Of a stretch of 64,000 bases of DNA, positions 37,585 through 49,462 are shown one piece after another. Numbering within the stretch: the stretch's first letter is position 1; every line of letters starts with the position of its first letter. The translations under genes were made by a program, and so were the position numbers. The stretch covers positions 1,666,916-1,730,915 of the forward strand of contig CAJFCJ010000020.1 of the NCBI GenBank assembly GCA_904063045.1. Direction: 5' to 3'. Under the pieces are notes generated by a model. The model had not been told where the DNA came from and made no database searches. It was given only the letters and a program-made list of their open reading frames with translations. The DNA is from Dimorphilus gyrociliatus. Taxonomy: Eukaryota; Animalia; Annelida.

Positions 37585-39984
37585 ATGGGGCTGAAGCCGA
37601 AATACCAAAAAGGTTTGTATATATAATTATTTAATGTTTTACGATAAACCTGTGAAAATAGTCATTTATTTTTATTTTTATCGATATCACTCTATCATCG
37701 CTCAAAACAGGGGAAAAACTTCTTTGTTACCATGGTCAGCTACTATATGAAGCAAAAGTTAGTGTTTATTACATTGATCAATAGCATTAATATTAGAAAA
37801 TTCTCTATAACAGTGTTTAAAATTTGAAGCTAAAGATGGTAAAACTATACATTATTTTGTTCATTATAATGGGTGGAATAAGAGGTTTGTTTATAATATG
37901 GAAAAAATAATTTATCGTGTTAAGATTCAAGTTAATTTGAAAGCTGGGACGAGTGGGTGCCCGAAAGTCGTATTGTAAAGTATAATGAAGAAGGTTTAAA
38001 TAAACGAGAAGCCCTATTAAAGAATCAAGAGTTAGTAAAAGATACCAATCAAATACCAGATTTTATCATTGATTTATAAATTGTTAATAACTATTAGTAA
38101 TAAAAAGAGTGGATCATCGAGGAGTAGGAAACCAAAAGAGAAGCCTTCTGAGACCAAAGGTGACGAAATATAATTCATAATTGCGGCTTTTTAAAGAAGA
38201 AATAATTCTTGTCAGAAAAGAAAGTTGAGCCCCACGAGGAAGAGAAAGCCGTAACGGAAACGAGTCGGAAGAGACGAACGACGACTGCTATGCCTGATGT
38301 GATTATTTAATAGGGGCGCTTGTCAATTCTTGCAATGTCTTTTCTTTCATTAGGCCTCGAAAGAAGCGAAAAAGAAAAAGATTGAAGTTAAAATTAAGAA
38401 GAAACCGGTAAATAATTCTCTTTAAAGAAGTTTATTATAATTATACTAAATTTCTAATTACAAACCACCAGACGAAGAAGGAGGAGAAAGGAAAATTTCA
38501 TATCTCAATACCAGATAACTTAAAAGCAACACTAGCAGAGGAATATAAAATGATAGTGGAACAAAGCACGGTAAGAACATGTTCTTGTTTTCCCTATGGT
38601 TTTAATTACGCCAAATTAACTGGAAAAGGATTTAAAAAAAACAAGAAAATAACAATTGGAATAGATAATCATACGCTTAAGTTTTTTATGTTCATAATCA
38701 ATATTTTAGACAGTAATCTGATGGTCAATTTGTACTTTACTAAAAAAATCCATACTAGCTCATACAATTGGTGCTTTGTAATTAACCATTTGTTTACTAT
38801 CCTGTTAAATCTAATCTTTTGCAACATTTTGTATCAGTGAAAAAAGTAGTTTTTTTGAAGAGAAACCCACTGAAAAGCCTTTGAATTATTTTAGGATAAA
38901 AGTGATGTTAGAAAGAATCCAATTAATTCGTAAAGTGTGATTGCTTTCTGAGCCAAGAAAACAGTTCTTTTCTCTTATTGGCTCTGAAATGGGGCCTTAA
39001 AACTCTTTGGTTTGAGAAACATCCATTGTATCATACAATTCCTATATTGCTTTTACGTTTTTTAGTACAATGACTTCGTGTACAATTGCCTGACTACTGT
39101 TACAAATATCGCATGACTTCTCCATGTGCTGCTAATTCTGTGTTTTTATCTTTTTTATAAGAAAGTCCGACACCAAAAATTCTAACAATATCCTTCATTT
39201 GACCTTTTTTTGTATATTCTACCATAAGACGTGTGTCAGCAGATAGTGGTTTATATTTATTTAAAAAGAGCGCTTTTTTCATCTTTCAAGAGCCAAACCA
39301 ATTTCCCGTTGACGAGTTTCGTCATCAAGATTTAATTCGTGAGAGTTTCTAGTTAATATAGTTGGATTATTTTTAATTTACTCTGAATATATGTTCACAA
39401 AATGCTTTTTTTGTTTATAATTCAGTTAGGTAAACTTCCTGCCGTGAAATCTATTGATGACATATTTAGCATCTATCTCAACCATAAGGAGAACATTACA
39501 GACGAAAAAACATTGTAAGTTCATTTTATCTCTAATTTATCATACTCAAGTTCTCATTCTGTACCATTTCAGTGATAAATTAAAAGAAGTTACTGAGGGA
39601 TTAAAAGAATACTTCGAGAGTTTACTGCCAACCCATTTATTATATCAACAGGAACGAAAGCAACATGAGGAACTAATCTCTTCCAATCCCAATGTAAAGT
39701 TGACGCGATTGTACAGCATTGCTCACTTTTTGAGATTATTCGGTATGTTTCTATTAATATATTCGACTTCATACATCTATTTGTAGAACAAATAATCCAT
39801 GTATTAATAAAAATTCTCTAAAGTTAATGCATATTAAGTTCTTCAAACGCATTGTATTGTAGTAAAATTTGGAGACTTTTTGCCTTATGAATCTTACAAC
39901 GACGATAATGTGAAGAAGCTAAAGACATACGTTGAAGATTTACTCGACTACTTAAATAAAGAGGACAGTTTGACATGTTTCTGA
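37585..39984 (+). CDS. MORF4L1: MRG15/MORF4L1-like (chromo barrel plus MRG domain), about 11 exons
   Basis: KPKYQK|GEKLLCYHGQLLYEAK|...YFVHYNGWNKS|WDEWVPESRIVKY; MRG domain IPDNLK...|LGKLPA.KSIDDI...GLKEYF...LLYQQER...YSIAHFLRLF|VKFG; TGA at 39982-39984. The gene is mostly absent from the ORF track because its exons are short. Confidence 0.88.
38571..39350 (-). pseudogene. Decayed reading frame, antisense inside the 855-bp MRG15 intron; origin unknown
   Basis: Protein-like frames (ELNLDDETRQREIGLALER / MKKALF...ELAAH / MEKSCDICNSSQAIVHEVIVLK...) linked by apparent frameshifts and broken by scattered stops. No family recognised. Confidence 0.3.
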
Positions 39985-40083
39985 AGGGCCAGGGGAACAC
40001 TCCAATAGATTGTTAAATCTCTTAAAACTTACTTTTTTTTAAAATAAACTTAATTGAAACGATAAATGTTACAAAGTACAAAA

Positions 40084-42782
40084 CTAAGTTTTCTTTGAAT
40101 CGTCAACTCGACGAACTTCTTTAACGTTGTTCAATTCCATCTCTTTGGCGTATGGATTAGGTATTTTTAAATCAGTCACTGCATAATCATTTATAACACT
40201 CTCCTTCACATACCAACATCGATTCTTATAATCCGTTCGTTTATCATAAGCAGCAATCGCTTTGATTCGAATTTCTAATTGACGCTTCGAGATAACGGAA
40301 TTGGTTCCGCTCTCGTTTCCACCTTCTTGACTTTTTTTGGACCAAAATTGTCTAAATTCCCGAATGATAGCTTCACGGCTGTTCCAATTCCCATGAAGAA
40401 AGCGTATCAGATGTGGCATAGCTGTTTTAAATTAATAGATTGATTTATTCAATGATATACAGAATATCTAAATAAATTAATACCTTCTTTTGGTATAGGC
40501 TTAGTTAGAGCTGAACCCTTTCTAGAACTATCCCCACAATCCGACATGTCATGATGTGATGGTGTTGAGTGGCAGATATTTTCAAGTTGAATTGGGGTTT
40601 CGATTATAATTTCAACCTAGTTGATAATATTTAACAACATTTAATACGTTTCCTTGATGGAAGTGTTATTTAATATCCATACGGTATATTGCTTCAGAAT
40701 CTTTAGAAATTTTGCTTGTACTTTTTCTGCGCTGTTACTCCAGCAACATCCTACTATTAGCGGTCTCAGAGTTTTAGGTTGCTCCTTGATTTCCTCTTCA
40801 AACTTGCGAGCCATAGCCAGTTGGCGGGCCTTCAACTTTTCCGGATTGAGCTACGGTAAAAAGTGTTAACACCTCGGGTTCAATGAAATCTTTGACGCTA
40901 CCTTTTCATCAGCCTCATCTTCCTCACAACCTTCATCATCAGACAAATAGCCATGAGGCACAAAGAATCCGTCATCCTCATCATCATCACCCTCCTCGAC
41001 TTTCTCATCGTCATCTTCTCCTTCGCTATGCGAAATACTTTCACCTGGTTCTTCTTCCTCCCACTCTTCGTCACTATCAACAGTGTAATCTAAGTTCTGA
41101 AAAATTTTGCAATGTAAAAATTGATATTTCCTCAACTTTGACTTTAAACTAACGTCATCTTTTCCGAATGGTTGACGTGCAGTAACGATTATACTCTTTT
41201 TCTTAAATGTACCATAATAAGCTGGTCTATTATTTTCATGAAACTGAAATAGCTTAGCCTTTCTCCACGGTAACGTAGGTTTTTCATCAGCAACCAGTAC
41301 AACGTCGCCGTCTTTACTGTAAAATATTTAAGTAATTAATTTTCAATGAAATGAAAAGATTAAGAGTACTTAGTCCAGGTTGGCTCTGATTTTCCGATTT
41401 GATATGTGTCACTTTTCAGAGTTTTTAAATAATTATGTTTGCTATTCTGATGGGAGAGGAAGTAGTCCAATTCTGACAAACGTTCTTCTAAAAAACTAAT
41501 ATTTGTGCGATATATTGGAGCTAATTTTTGCTTTTTCCCAAGTTGAAATGGTAGAAATCTTTCATCTTTGTTAAACTTAGGCTGTAGATAAAAATGAATG
41601 TCAGGGGCACAAAAAATATTTAAATGATATTTACGGATGATTGCTCAGGTCTTTGAGCCTTCGAAAAAAAACCAAGGAAGGCAGCTTGACATTTTTGCTG
41701 GCGTTTTTTCTGGAATGAAAATTAATATATCAATACAGTCACAGTATGAGATGTATTAAATTTACTTTTTCGTTCTCAAGCTTTTTCTTTTCCTCCTCAA
41801 TTTGTCTCTTTTCTTCCTGCTTTTGCTTATTTTGTTCCTCTTTTTGGATTCGTGCTCGCTCTTTTGCCTCTTTTCTTTGGCGTTTTTCTTCTTCTTTCTC
41901 TTCTTTCTTTTGTCGTCTCTCGATGTCTTTCTCTTCTTTTTCTTTCAACTTCATTCGTTTTTCTTCCAGTTTCATTTCCTTCAGCTTAAGTCTTTCCTCC
42001 TCTTTTCTCTCCTTTTGAATAATAATTTTATTCGTTAGTCATAAAAAATACCAAATACCTTTAGCTCTTTTTTCATCCTTTGTTTTTCTGTTTTTTCTTT
42101 CAAACGAAGTTGCTTCTGTCTCTCTCTTTCTCCCTTTTCTGCATCCTATTGGAAGGAAAGAATATTAAAATTCTTAATAGCTTTTAGTTACTTTCTCGTT
42201 TTATAGCTTACCGTAAGCTTCGTTTTACGTTTTTTCATTTTTAAATCGTTTTTATCCCTTAATGGTGTCTATAAATATATATTTTTTAATTTTATCAGTT
42301 CAAAATTCTAATATACATTACGTCTGTGGATGTAGATGAAACTTCTTGAACTTCGGCGTTTGAATCAGTCCTTGAAATAAAAGATGGCTCCTCAGACAGT
42401 ATAGAAACATCGGCTTCATTGTCAAAGTTATCATTATCATTATCGCTCTCTTCAATTTCACTAGAACTCAAATCATCTGTCGGCTCGTTTTCACTTTTCA
42501 CAGTTACAGATGTTTTCGAGTTTTGACTCTGGGCTTTACCCTTTAAAAATTGATCAAGAAATTCAAGACCTGATTTTCGTCTTTTTGAATCAGACTTATT
42601 ATCGCCTTGATCATTTATATGCTTTCTCTTTTTTTCATTTTTTGTTGGGCTATTTAAAGATTGAAAAGGTAGCCGACCTAAAATAATAAATAAGTGAAAA
42701 AAATAAAAAGTTAGTTTGAAGACATAAACAAACTTTGTCGAATTGACGGTGAAGCACGATCTTTCTCCTGTTCTTCTGACAT
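40084..42782 (-). CDS. CHAF1A: Chromatin assembly factor 1 subunit A (p150), multi-exon
   Basis: N-terminal PIP-like QS|RLPF, KER coiled coil, WRKAKLFQFHENNRPAYYGT, LDYTVDSDEEWEEEEPGESISHSEG...DGFFVPHGYLSDDEG, and C-terminal winged-helix region LIRFLHGN...CWYV. Confidence 0.94.
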
Positions 42783-42871
42783 TTACAGTTATTAATTATA
42801 TTATCCCTTAAAATTGTTAGAAAAAATTGAAGTTTGGAATACGATTAGCGTAAGAATTTAACTAAATACAA

Positions 42872-42886
42872 TTGGCGGGAACGCGT
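42872..42886. promoter_or_regulatory. E2F site with adjacent ACGCGT in the CHAF1A promoter
   Basis: TTGGCGGGAA at 42872-42881 (E2F consensus), about 90 bp upstream of the ATG of an S-phase gene. Confidence 0.55.
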
Positions 42887-43283
42887 TTGATGTTCATTCT
42901 CTTCTTTTTGGCCTATAGTGTGGCGCCATGCTCCAATTTTGATTATTCTATTTGAAAAACATTGGACACTTGTAACCATACCATGTAGATGCGCAGCTAT
43001 TTTTACAAAAAATAAATTCAACGAAATTTCTTAAGCGTTTTGCTTCAAATTTTCTTATTGCTATCCTTATATATTAAATTATATGTGTATGCAAAAAAAT
43101 GCTTCGTGCGTTGAGTATAAACGACTTTCCGCCTGAGTTCGAAGGATTCAATGCTGATCAGTCGTGACGTCATCAAATCGAAGTAGTTATCGCGAGAGGC
43201 CAGAGAGCCTCGTTATTTTTTAAAGATAATTTGACTTCTACATTGAGATTTTCATCGGCAGTGTCTAAAATAAATTTATCAAA

Positions 43284-46200
43284 ATGTCGTTAGCAGGATT
43301 TAAGAAACAGATCAACAAGGCAAACCAGGTAATATCTCTATTAGTTATTAATACTACAGTCACATAATGTCAGTTGGCATTGTTAGCGTTCCCTATGTAG
43401 GCGTCCAATGGACGCCTCATATTTTACCATTTTACCCTAAATTACTTTTCTAAAAAAAAAACGTTTTTATTAACCCCGCTAATATCTTTGTTATCAATTA
43501 ATATTCCTTAATGCATAGTGTGTCTTTTGACAGTGAGTTAATTGATTGCCTTTCATTTTTTTAGTATATGAGCGAGAAGATTGGTGGTGCTAAAGGAACG
43601 GAGCTTGATTATGAATTTCAAGAAATGGAAAGGGTAAGCCTACTTTTACTATAGCTTATCAATAGTCACGATAAATTAGTCATTTTAATTGCGTCTCCTA
43701 ACGGGAAATTTTTGTTAGTCAAATTATCGATCCTCATCTCATGTAAGGAGTAGAAGAGAGAGGGTTAAGTTGATGGAAGCATGTTGTCTAGGATGATATT
43801 TGATTGCCTAACAAGGAAAACTATATTTTCAACATGAATATGTCTTCATAGCATTTATAAGACATTTTTGTATTTTCTGTAAACATTAACGAGTCTGAGT
43901 TTTTATATATATTTCAGAATTAGTCATTTTAGGCATAAACATGTGACTCATTTACAAATACTTTGACAATATCGTATTGAGGTTACCGATCTTCCTTGAA
44001 ATGGTTGTCCTAAAATACTTTGTAAAGCATAACTTGATACTCTAAGTCTGCCTACAGAGTTAATTCAGTAGAGTTAAGGGCAAATCGATATGTGAACGAT
44101 TGGCCATCAACTCAACACTTTTATAAGTAATAGGAAACGAGACAAACAATTTAAGCATCTAGATTGTAATTGTATTTTTTTATACTGTAAATTAAATATA
44201 TATGTATTTATCCGTATAGATAAAAATATCATTTACCTAATTTTAATAATTAATGAGTCTTTTTATTTACATGACTTAGTGAGTAACTTGTAGATTTATT
44301 CGCTGCTTTTAAATAAATAGGATAACCTTTTTATCGTAAATATCAGCACTATGGAATTATTGTTTGTACAATTACATGATTGTGCTTGAATTAGTTGGTC
44401 AATATGTATTGATTGCTCCTACAGAAAATAGATGTAATGGGAAAATTGGTGGATGAATTAATGTCAAGGACGCATGAATTATTGCAACCGAATCCAGGTA
44501 TTATTCTTTTAACTAACTAATTAACTTATTTGTTGTATTACTAATCATCTTAAAATGAAGGCTTGCTTGACGGCATAGGGAAACAAATGTAATTTTTTTT
44601 TGTAAAGTTCTGTGATTATCTTGTATTACATTTCCTACTCAGCAATATTGCCATTTGTTATTTTAAGTTCCATTTGATTTATTTAATTGATAACTTTACT
44701 AATTACTTTTAACAGCTTCAAGAGCAAAATTATCGGCTGTCAATTCGATATCTAAGCTTCGTGGAACAGCTAAGCACAATCCCTACCCTCAGCCTGAAGG
44801 TCAATTGGGTGATTGTATGACGAAGCATGGACGTGATTTGGGTGACGATTCACATTTCGGAAAAGTCCTTGTCGAAGTTGGCGATAGTTTAAGACAAATG
44901 GCTGATATTAAATACGCTCTAGACGACGCGGTTAAGCAGAATTTTATTGAGCCCCTGCATCATATGCAGACGAAAGATCTAAAGGAAGTGAACGTGAGTT
45001 TGACGGCGTGGGAACATTATCAATATGCCGAGTATGGCGGCGTCGTTTAGCTTGAGTCTGCTGAATTCGAGCGACGCATCGATCGATATGAAACGCCGCA
45101 CTTCCGCTATCTATAACGCTGATGCGGAATGGCGATCGACTTGCGTTAATCATATACATTTAATGTATAGCTATTTATAACTTACTTCCTTGTTTTTTAT
45201 TTTTAGCATCATCGCAAAAAGCTCTCTGGAAGACGATTGGATTACGACTGTAAGAAACGAAGGCAGGCGAAAGGTAATATTCCTTACTCTTAACACTTTT
45301 AAAAATTTACACAATTGAACTCTTCAAAGTTTATTTCGGCATTGAACTTGTATCTATCCACCAGGCGACTCGGAATTTCGCCTTATCATATTGACACAAA
45401 AGTAGGATGTGTGGTGATATGAAGTAAGATTTGCTGACAACAATATAATAACAAAAATAATATAATAACGCGCAAAATAAGATTGACATGCGAAATATGA
45501 CTATCTAAATAAGAAAATTATGTTTTAGTGAACTTTACGTATACAACGCCTGATTTGTGATTTTATTTTCAGGAGGTAAGACAATTGGACACAATCTATT
45601 TAAGTATTTTTACGGTGTAGCATGAAGGCTCCCACCTGTTGATAGAGTATTAAATAACGCTAATTAATGACCTACGCGGTGCTAATTTTTGTTCAATGTT
45701 AAGTTAATGTAGTGCGTTATCCGCTTGTTAAGAAGAATCGCATGATTTTTTTAAGCAGTAAAAAAATCTTTCTATTGCACTTCATTTAAGAAATAGCTTT
45801 GTGCTGATTGAAACTCAACTGACCTGTTCTCGCTATTATTAATTTTGATAACATTTTTTCAGAAATTTCATCAGGTATTATACATATATATAGAAATTGA
45901 TAATCATAAAAATGCATGATTATATGCATTGCGACTGAGTTGCCATATTGACACCAGAAGCATTAGAATGATTCAGACTAACATAAAAACTGCATTAATT
46001 GCAAAACTAAAAGACAAACTGAATTTCTTATCCCCATTTTTAAATGATTCGAAAATTGATTAGGCAAACAATAGGACTATATTAGCAAAAGACTAAAAGT
46101 ACAAAGTGATAGTTGTTTGTCTTAACAAACAAGTTCTGTGGAAGGCTTATTCCAATAGATAGTCAGAATTTAACAACGTTTTTATTTCATTTCTTGCAAC

Positions 46201-48582
46201 ATTCTTTTAGTTAATCAGTAAATATTTCATTCCTCATTGATAGGCCTTGATATTATCATTCATTTTCCTCGTTATCGTTCATAATTCATACGGTATGTAA
46301 TATATATATCATTTGACATGCTGGACATTCAGGCGATTCTTCCAGTCGTTCTAAATCGCCCATTCCGTTTGGTGAGTCCGAGCGCCGTCTGGTGGCTGTT
46401 TGCTTTTTTCCTTTCAACGTGCATAATTCTATTATTATTTATCATTCGTTACGTTCAACCAATTATCTTCTCTTTACCATACATTTTTAACGAAATTTGC
46501 TTATGCACTTGTTTTAATGGGTGTCGGGTTAATGAAAAAGTGCATGATATGATATGTTGCATGAACGACGAATGGACAGTCATTTTTCTGCACCCCTTTC
46601 TTACAAGAGCGTTAAATTTTATTTTATGAGAATAGTCTATCAGAAGTTCTTGTTGTTTAGATAGTGATTAATTACTGTTTATGAGTTGCATTTATTAGAA
46701 CCTTGTTTCCTATTACCCATCTCTTTTGCTAGGCTCGAACATCACCCAGGAAGAAATAACGCAAGCTGAGCAAAAATTTAGTGAATCAAAGGATTTAGCA
46801 GAAACCGCCATGTATAATATGTTGGAAAACGATGTAACTATTTCCTTACTAATATTATATAACTATTCTATTATAAACATTGGCTACGCTTTTTTATAGG
46901 TGGAGCATATATCACAACTGGGTGCATTCGTTGATGCTTATCTTTCATATCATAAGGATTCAGTTGAAATTTTAATGAATTTAAGCGAAACAGTTGAAAG
47001 GTTACGTAATGATGCTATGAGTAGACCTAGAAGTGAACATGTTCCAAAAAAGGTTTGCGTTAAAATTCTCTTTTTAAAAAGTTTGATATTTTAAATAATT
47101 AAATTTTATAGAATATGCTTGTAAGTATAAAGTGTTATAGACTTAGCTAAAATAGTAAAAGTACCGCACAAAATCCCATTCCTTTATAAGTCTAAATTTA
47201 AATGATCATTTGTATTTATTTAGGCTGTATCTGAAAATAACATTCAAAACTATGACAATGCCTTCGATGCCGTTGGTGAAAATAGTGGATACAGCTTATC
47301 ACCAGCTCCTCCGGCTTATAGCTCTGTTACTCCTACATCGCCATCTAAGAGTCCAGGTAAGAAGTAAAATAATGATTTAAGTAAATGATTGTCATTGTAA
47401 AACAAACATTATACAGTTGGTCAAGGACCACCAGCGCCAGGTACTTTATTCGTATTTTATGTAATATATATGGACTGTGCGCTAAAAAATTGTGGCAATA
47501 CTAAAATTTTGTATCTAATTTTTTTTTTACGCGATTTTAATAATATTTGTTCATAAATATATTTTAGTATTAGTAGTGATGAATATAGTAATGTGCGCAA
47601 AAGTCAAATAGCTCAAATTTTTTTCAAATGTTGGAAAAATAATTTTTCTTATATAACAACTGCAAAAAAAATGTGATGGCGGATATTTCTCTTCCTGAAA
47701 GCACATGTTTTAATATTAAACATAAGATAATCAGATCTATATATGGAACAACTTAATAACTATGAGTTCTTTTTCAACAATTGTCACTCTGTACTGACAT
47801 GGTCAGCGGAACAAAATTGATATTAGAAGAAAACAAAATAAGACGTCTTATCAGAAGAAGGCGGTCCTGCAAGAATTATTGCGATGATTATTAATGGCAC
47901 GACCTTCGTAAGGAAAAAAAGATATCTTCTAAGAAACCAGTGGTGGAAGCAGTGTGATGATATGAAGAAGAGTTTCCTATCATAAGGTTTGACTTCCCTT
48001 GCATTTGATTGACGGAGGATAAACGAAGAGGAGATAATTCAAGACTTTTTCATTCCATCTGTTTATGCTCTCTATGGTCTACACTGTATTCTGACGCAGG
48101 ATGGAGCAACTATGAATAGGGCTCGGTGCATTTTTTATATATCAAAGAAAAATCTTTGATCTAAAATTTTTTGAAAAAGTCTGATTCCTTAGAAATTTTG
48201 AAAATATTACTATATTCATCATCACTAACACTAGTACAATTGTCAACAAAATATTACCACTGCCACAATTATTTTGTGTACTGTATGTGGTTTAGTATTA
48301 GAGCATGCGATAGTTATTTGAGGGCTGATGCTATCTAGTGATGCCTAAAACTAGACTTTATATGGTCTTTATAATACAATCACGTTTTAATCTGTAGGAC
48401 GCCAGCCGTGTTGCCGAGCGATGTTCGATTTCGAGCCAGAAAATGAGGGAGAATTGGGCTTTAGGGAGGGCGATTTGATTACTCTCGTGCAGCGTATAGA
48501 CGAAAATTGGTATGAGGGAACGCTGAATGGAAAGACGGGCTTCTTCCCATGTAACTACGTTAAAGTCCTTGTTGACGTCTAG
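43284..48582 (+). CDS. SH3GL: Endophilin A (N-BAR plus SH3); core exons 43284-43328, 43565-43633, 44425-44497, 44716-44993, 45207-45273, 46733-46833, 46900-47052, 47224-47356, 47417-47440, 48398-48582
   Basis: [15 protein letters not shown]|[21 protein letters not shown]|[36 protein letters not shown], and SH3 [22 protein letters not shown]...IDENWYEG...[11 protein letters not shown]. Confidence 0.96.
45573..45575 (+). other. Candidate 3-nt microexon (GAG) of endophilin A
   Basis: cctgat...ttttattttcAG|GAG|GTAAGA: branch point, pyrimidine tract and consensus donor; preserves phase 1. Confidence 0.55.
45863..45874 (+). other. Candidate 12-nt microexon of endophilin A
   Basis: attttttcAG|AAATTTCATCAG|GTATTA; phase 1-1 and stop-free (E-I-S-S). 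The donor is identical to the constitutive exon 3 donor of the same gene. Confidence 0.5.
46333..46371 (+). other. Candidate 39-nt cassette exon of endophilin A
   Basis: ttgacaTGCtggacattcAG|GCGATT...GTTTG|GTGAGT; phase 1-1 and stop-free ([13 protein letters not shown]). Confidence 0.55.
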
Positions 48583-49159
48583 AAAGGACATAATAAAAAT
48601 ATATAAATATATATAAAACTATATATATACTTATATAAATATATTTAAATTGAACATATGCACTTGCATATGTATAGTTGTATATAAGCATGTAGACATC
48701 ATTTCTGCATGTTTATGTACACGCAGACATACATTTAATTATATATCTCTAGGTGACGAGGCAAATACGTATGCAAATCAGTGCCTCTCCACCTACAAGA
48801 AGTAGTGTGTCGGGTGTCTGTACAAGTTTCTCGCGCAATAATGCATTCCAGTCTTACATTGATGTTGTGACTCTTCGTTGTCCTTTCGTCGTAACTAAAT
48901 TGTACAAATGAATTTAGATTCCTCGCACGCTTTACGTGTTTTACTTTCTTTACATTGCATTACCAATCTTAAAGTTTAACGTTTTATTTTTGTGCTCAAA
49001 CATTCGAATACAGTCAGATTAAAATCTCTAACAAAAGTCTTTACTTTGAGAAAGAATTGAAAATTCTTCTGGTGAAATTTCGATTATTATACACAATCCT
49101 GCCTTAATAATTAATTCACAACGGCAGTTGCACACTTCACAATGCAGCACCTGTCATTC

Positions 49160-49462
49160 TTAGTAAAGTGTCTTCTCAGCTCTTTTTTGCTCTTCAAACA
49201 ATTCCCTCTCTCTCACAGTTTGCTCATGTTCTATTTCTTCCTCCTTTCTAATTCTAGCGATCTCCGCCATGGCCGGTCTTGTTACTGTGAAAGTAGCCCT
49301 ATTGTAATAAATGATTTCATGTGGAAAGATAACCTTACCGAAGTACCATTTAATTCCCCTGTAGCCCAAATATATTGAAGAGACTGCTGTAAATGCAATT
49401 GAAACGGAAACAGCCGACCTGTGCATTAAATCGTAAACTCTAGTTTTCGCGTATTTCTTCAT
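49160..49462 (-). CDS. COX14: COX14-like small single-TM mitochondrial complex IV assembly factor; exons 49462-49339 and 49284-49160
   Basis: DLMHRSAVSVSIAFTAVSSIYLGY..IKWYF resembles the COX14 family D..HR..V...I..T pattern, followed by a charged tail. Family call is from memory. Confidence 0.6.
   Translation of the reverse strand: MKKYAKTRVYDLMHRSAVSVSIAFTAVSSIYLGYRGIKWYFGKVIFPHEIIYYNRATFTVTRPAMAEIARIRKEEEIEHEQTVRERELFEEQKRAEKTLY

Noticed and set aside
45365-45423. Further exon candidates ending at the GTAAGA donor at 45424 (59 or 18 nt) in the endophilin intron
   Set aside because: Both contain in-frame stops in phase 1 and the 18-nt version has a poor acceptor. A poison exon cannot be excluded but is unsupported.
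46244-46292. 49-nt AG...GTATGT exon candidate in the endophilin intron
   Set aside because: Frame-shifting with an in-frame stop, and it would leave only a 40-nt intron before the 39-nt exon.
46318-46629. 103-aa hydrophobic ORF in the endophilin intron
   Set aside because: Different frame from the candidate cassette exon; T-rich intronic sequence mimics a TM segment.
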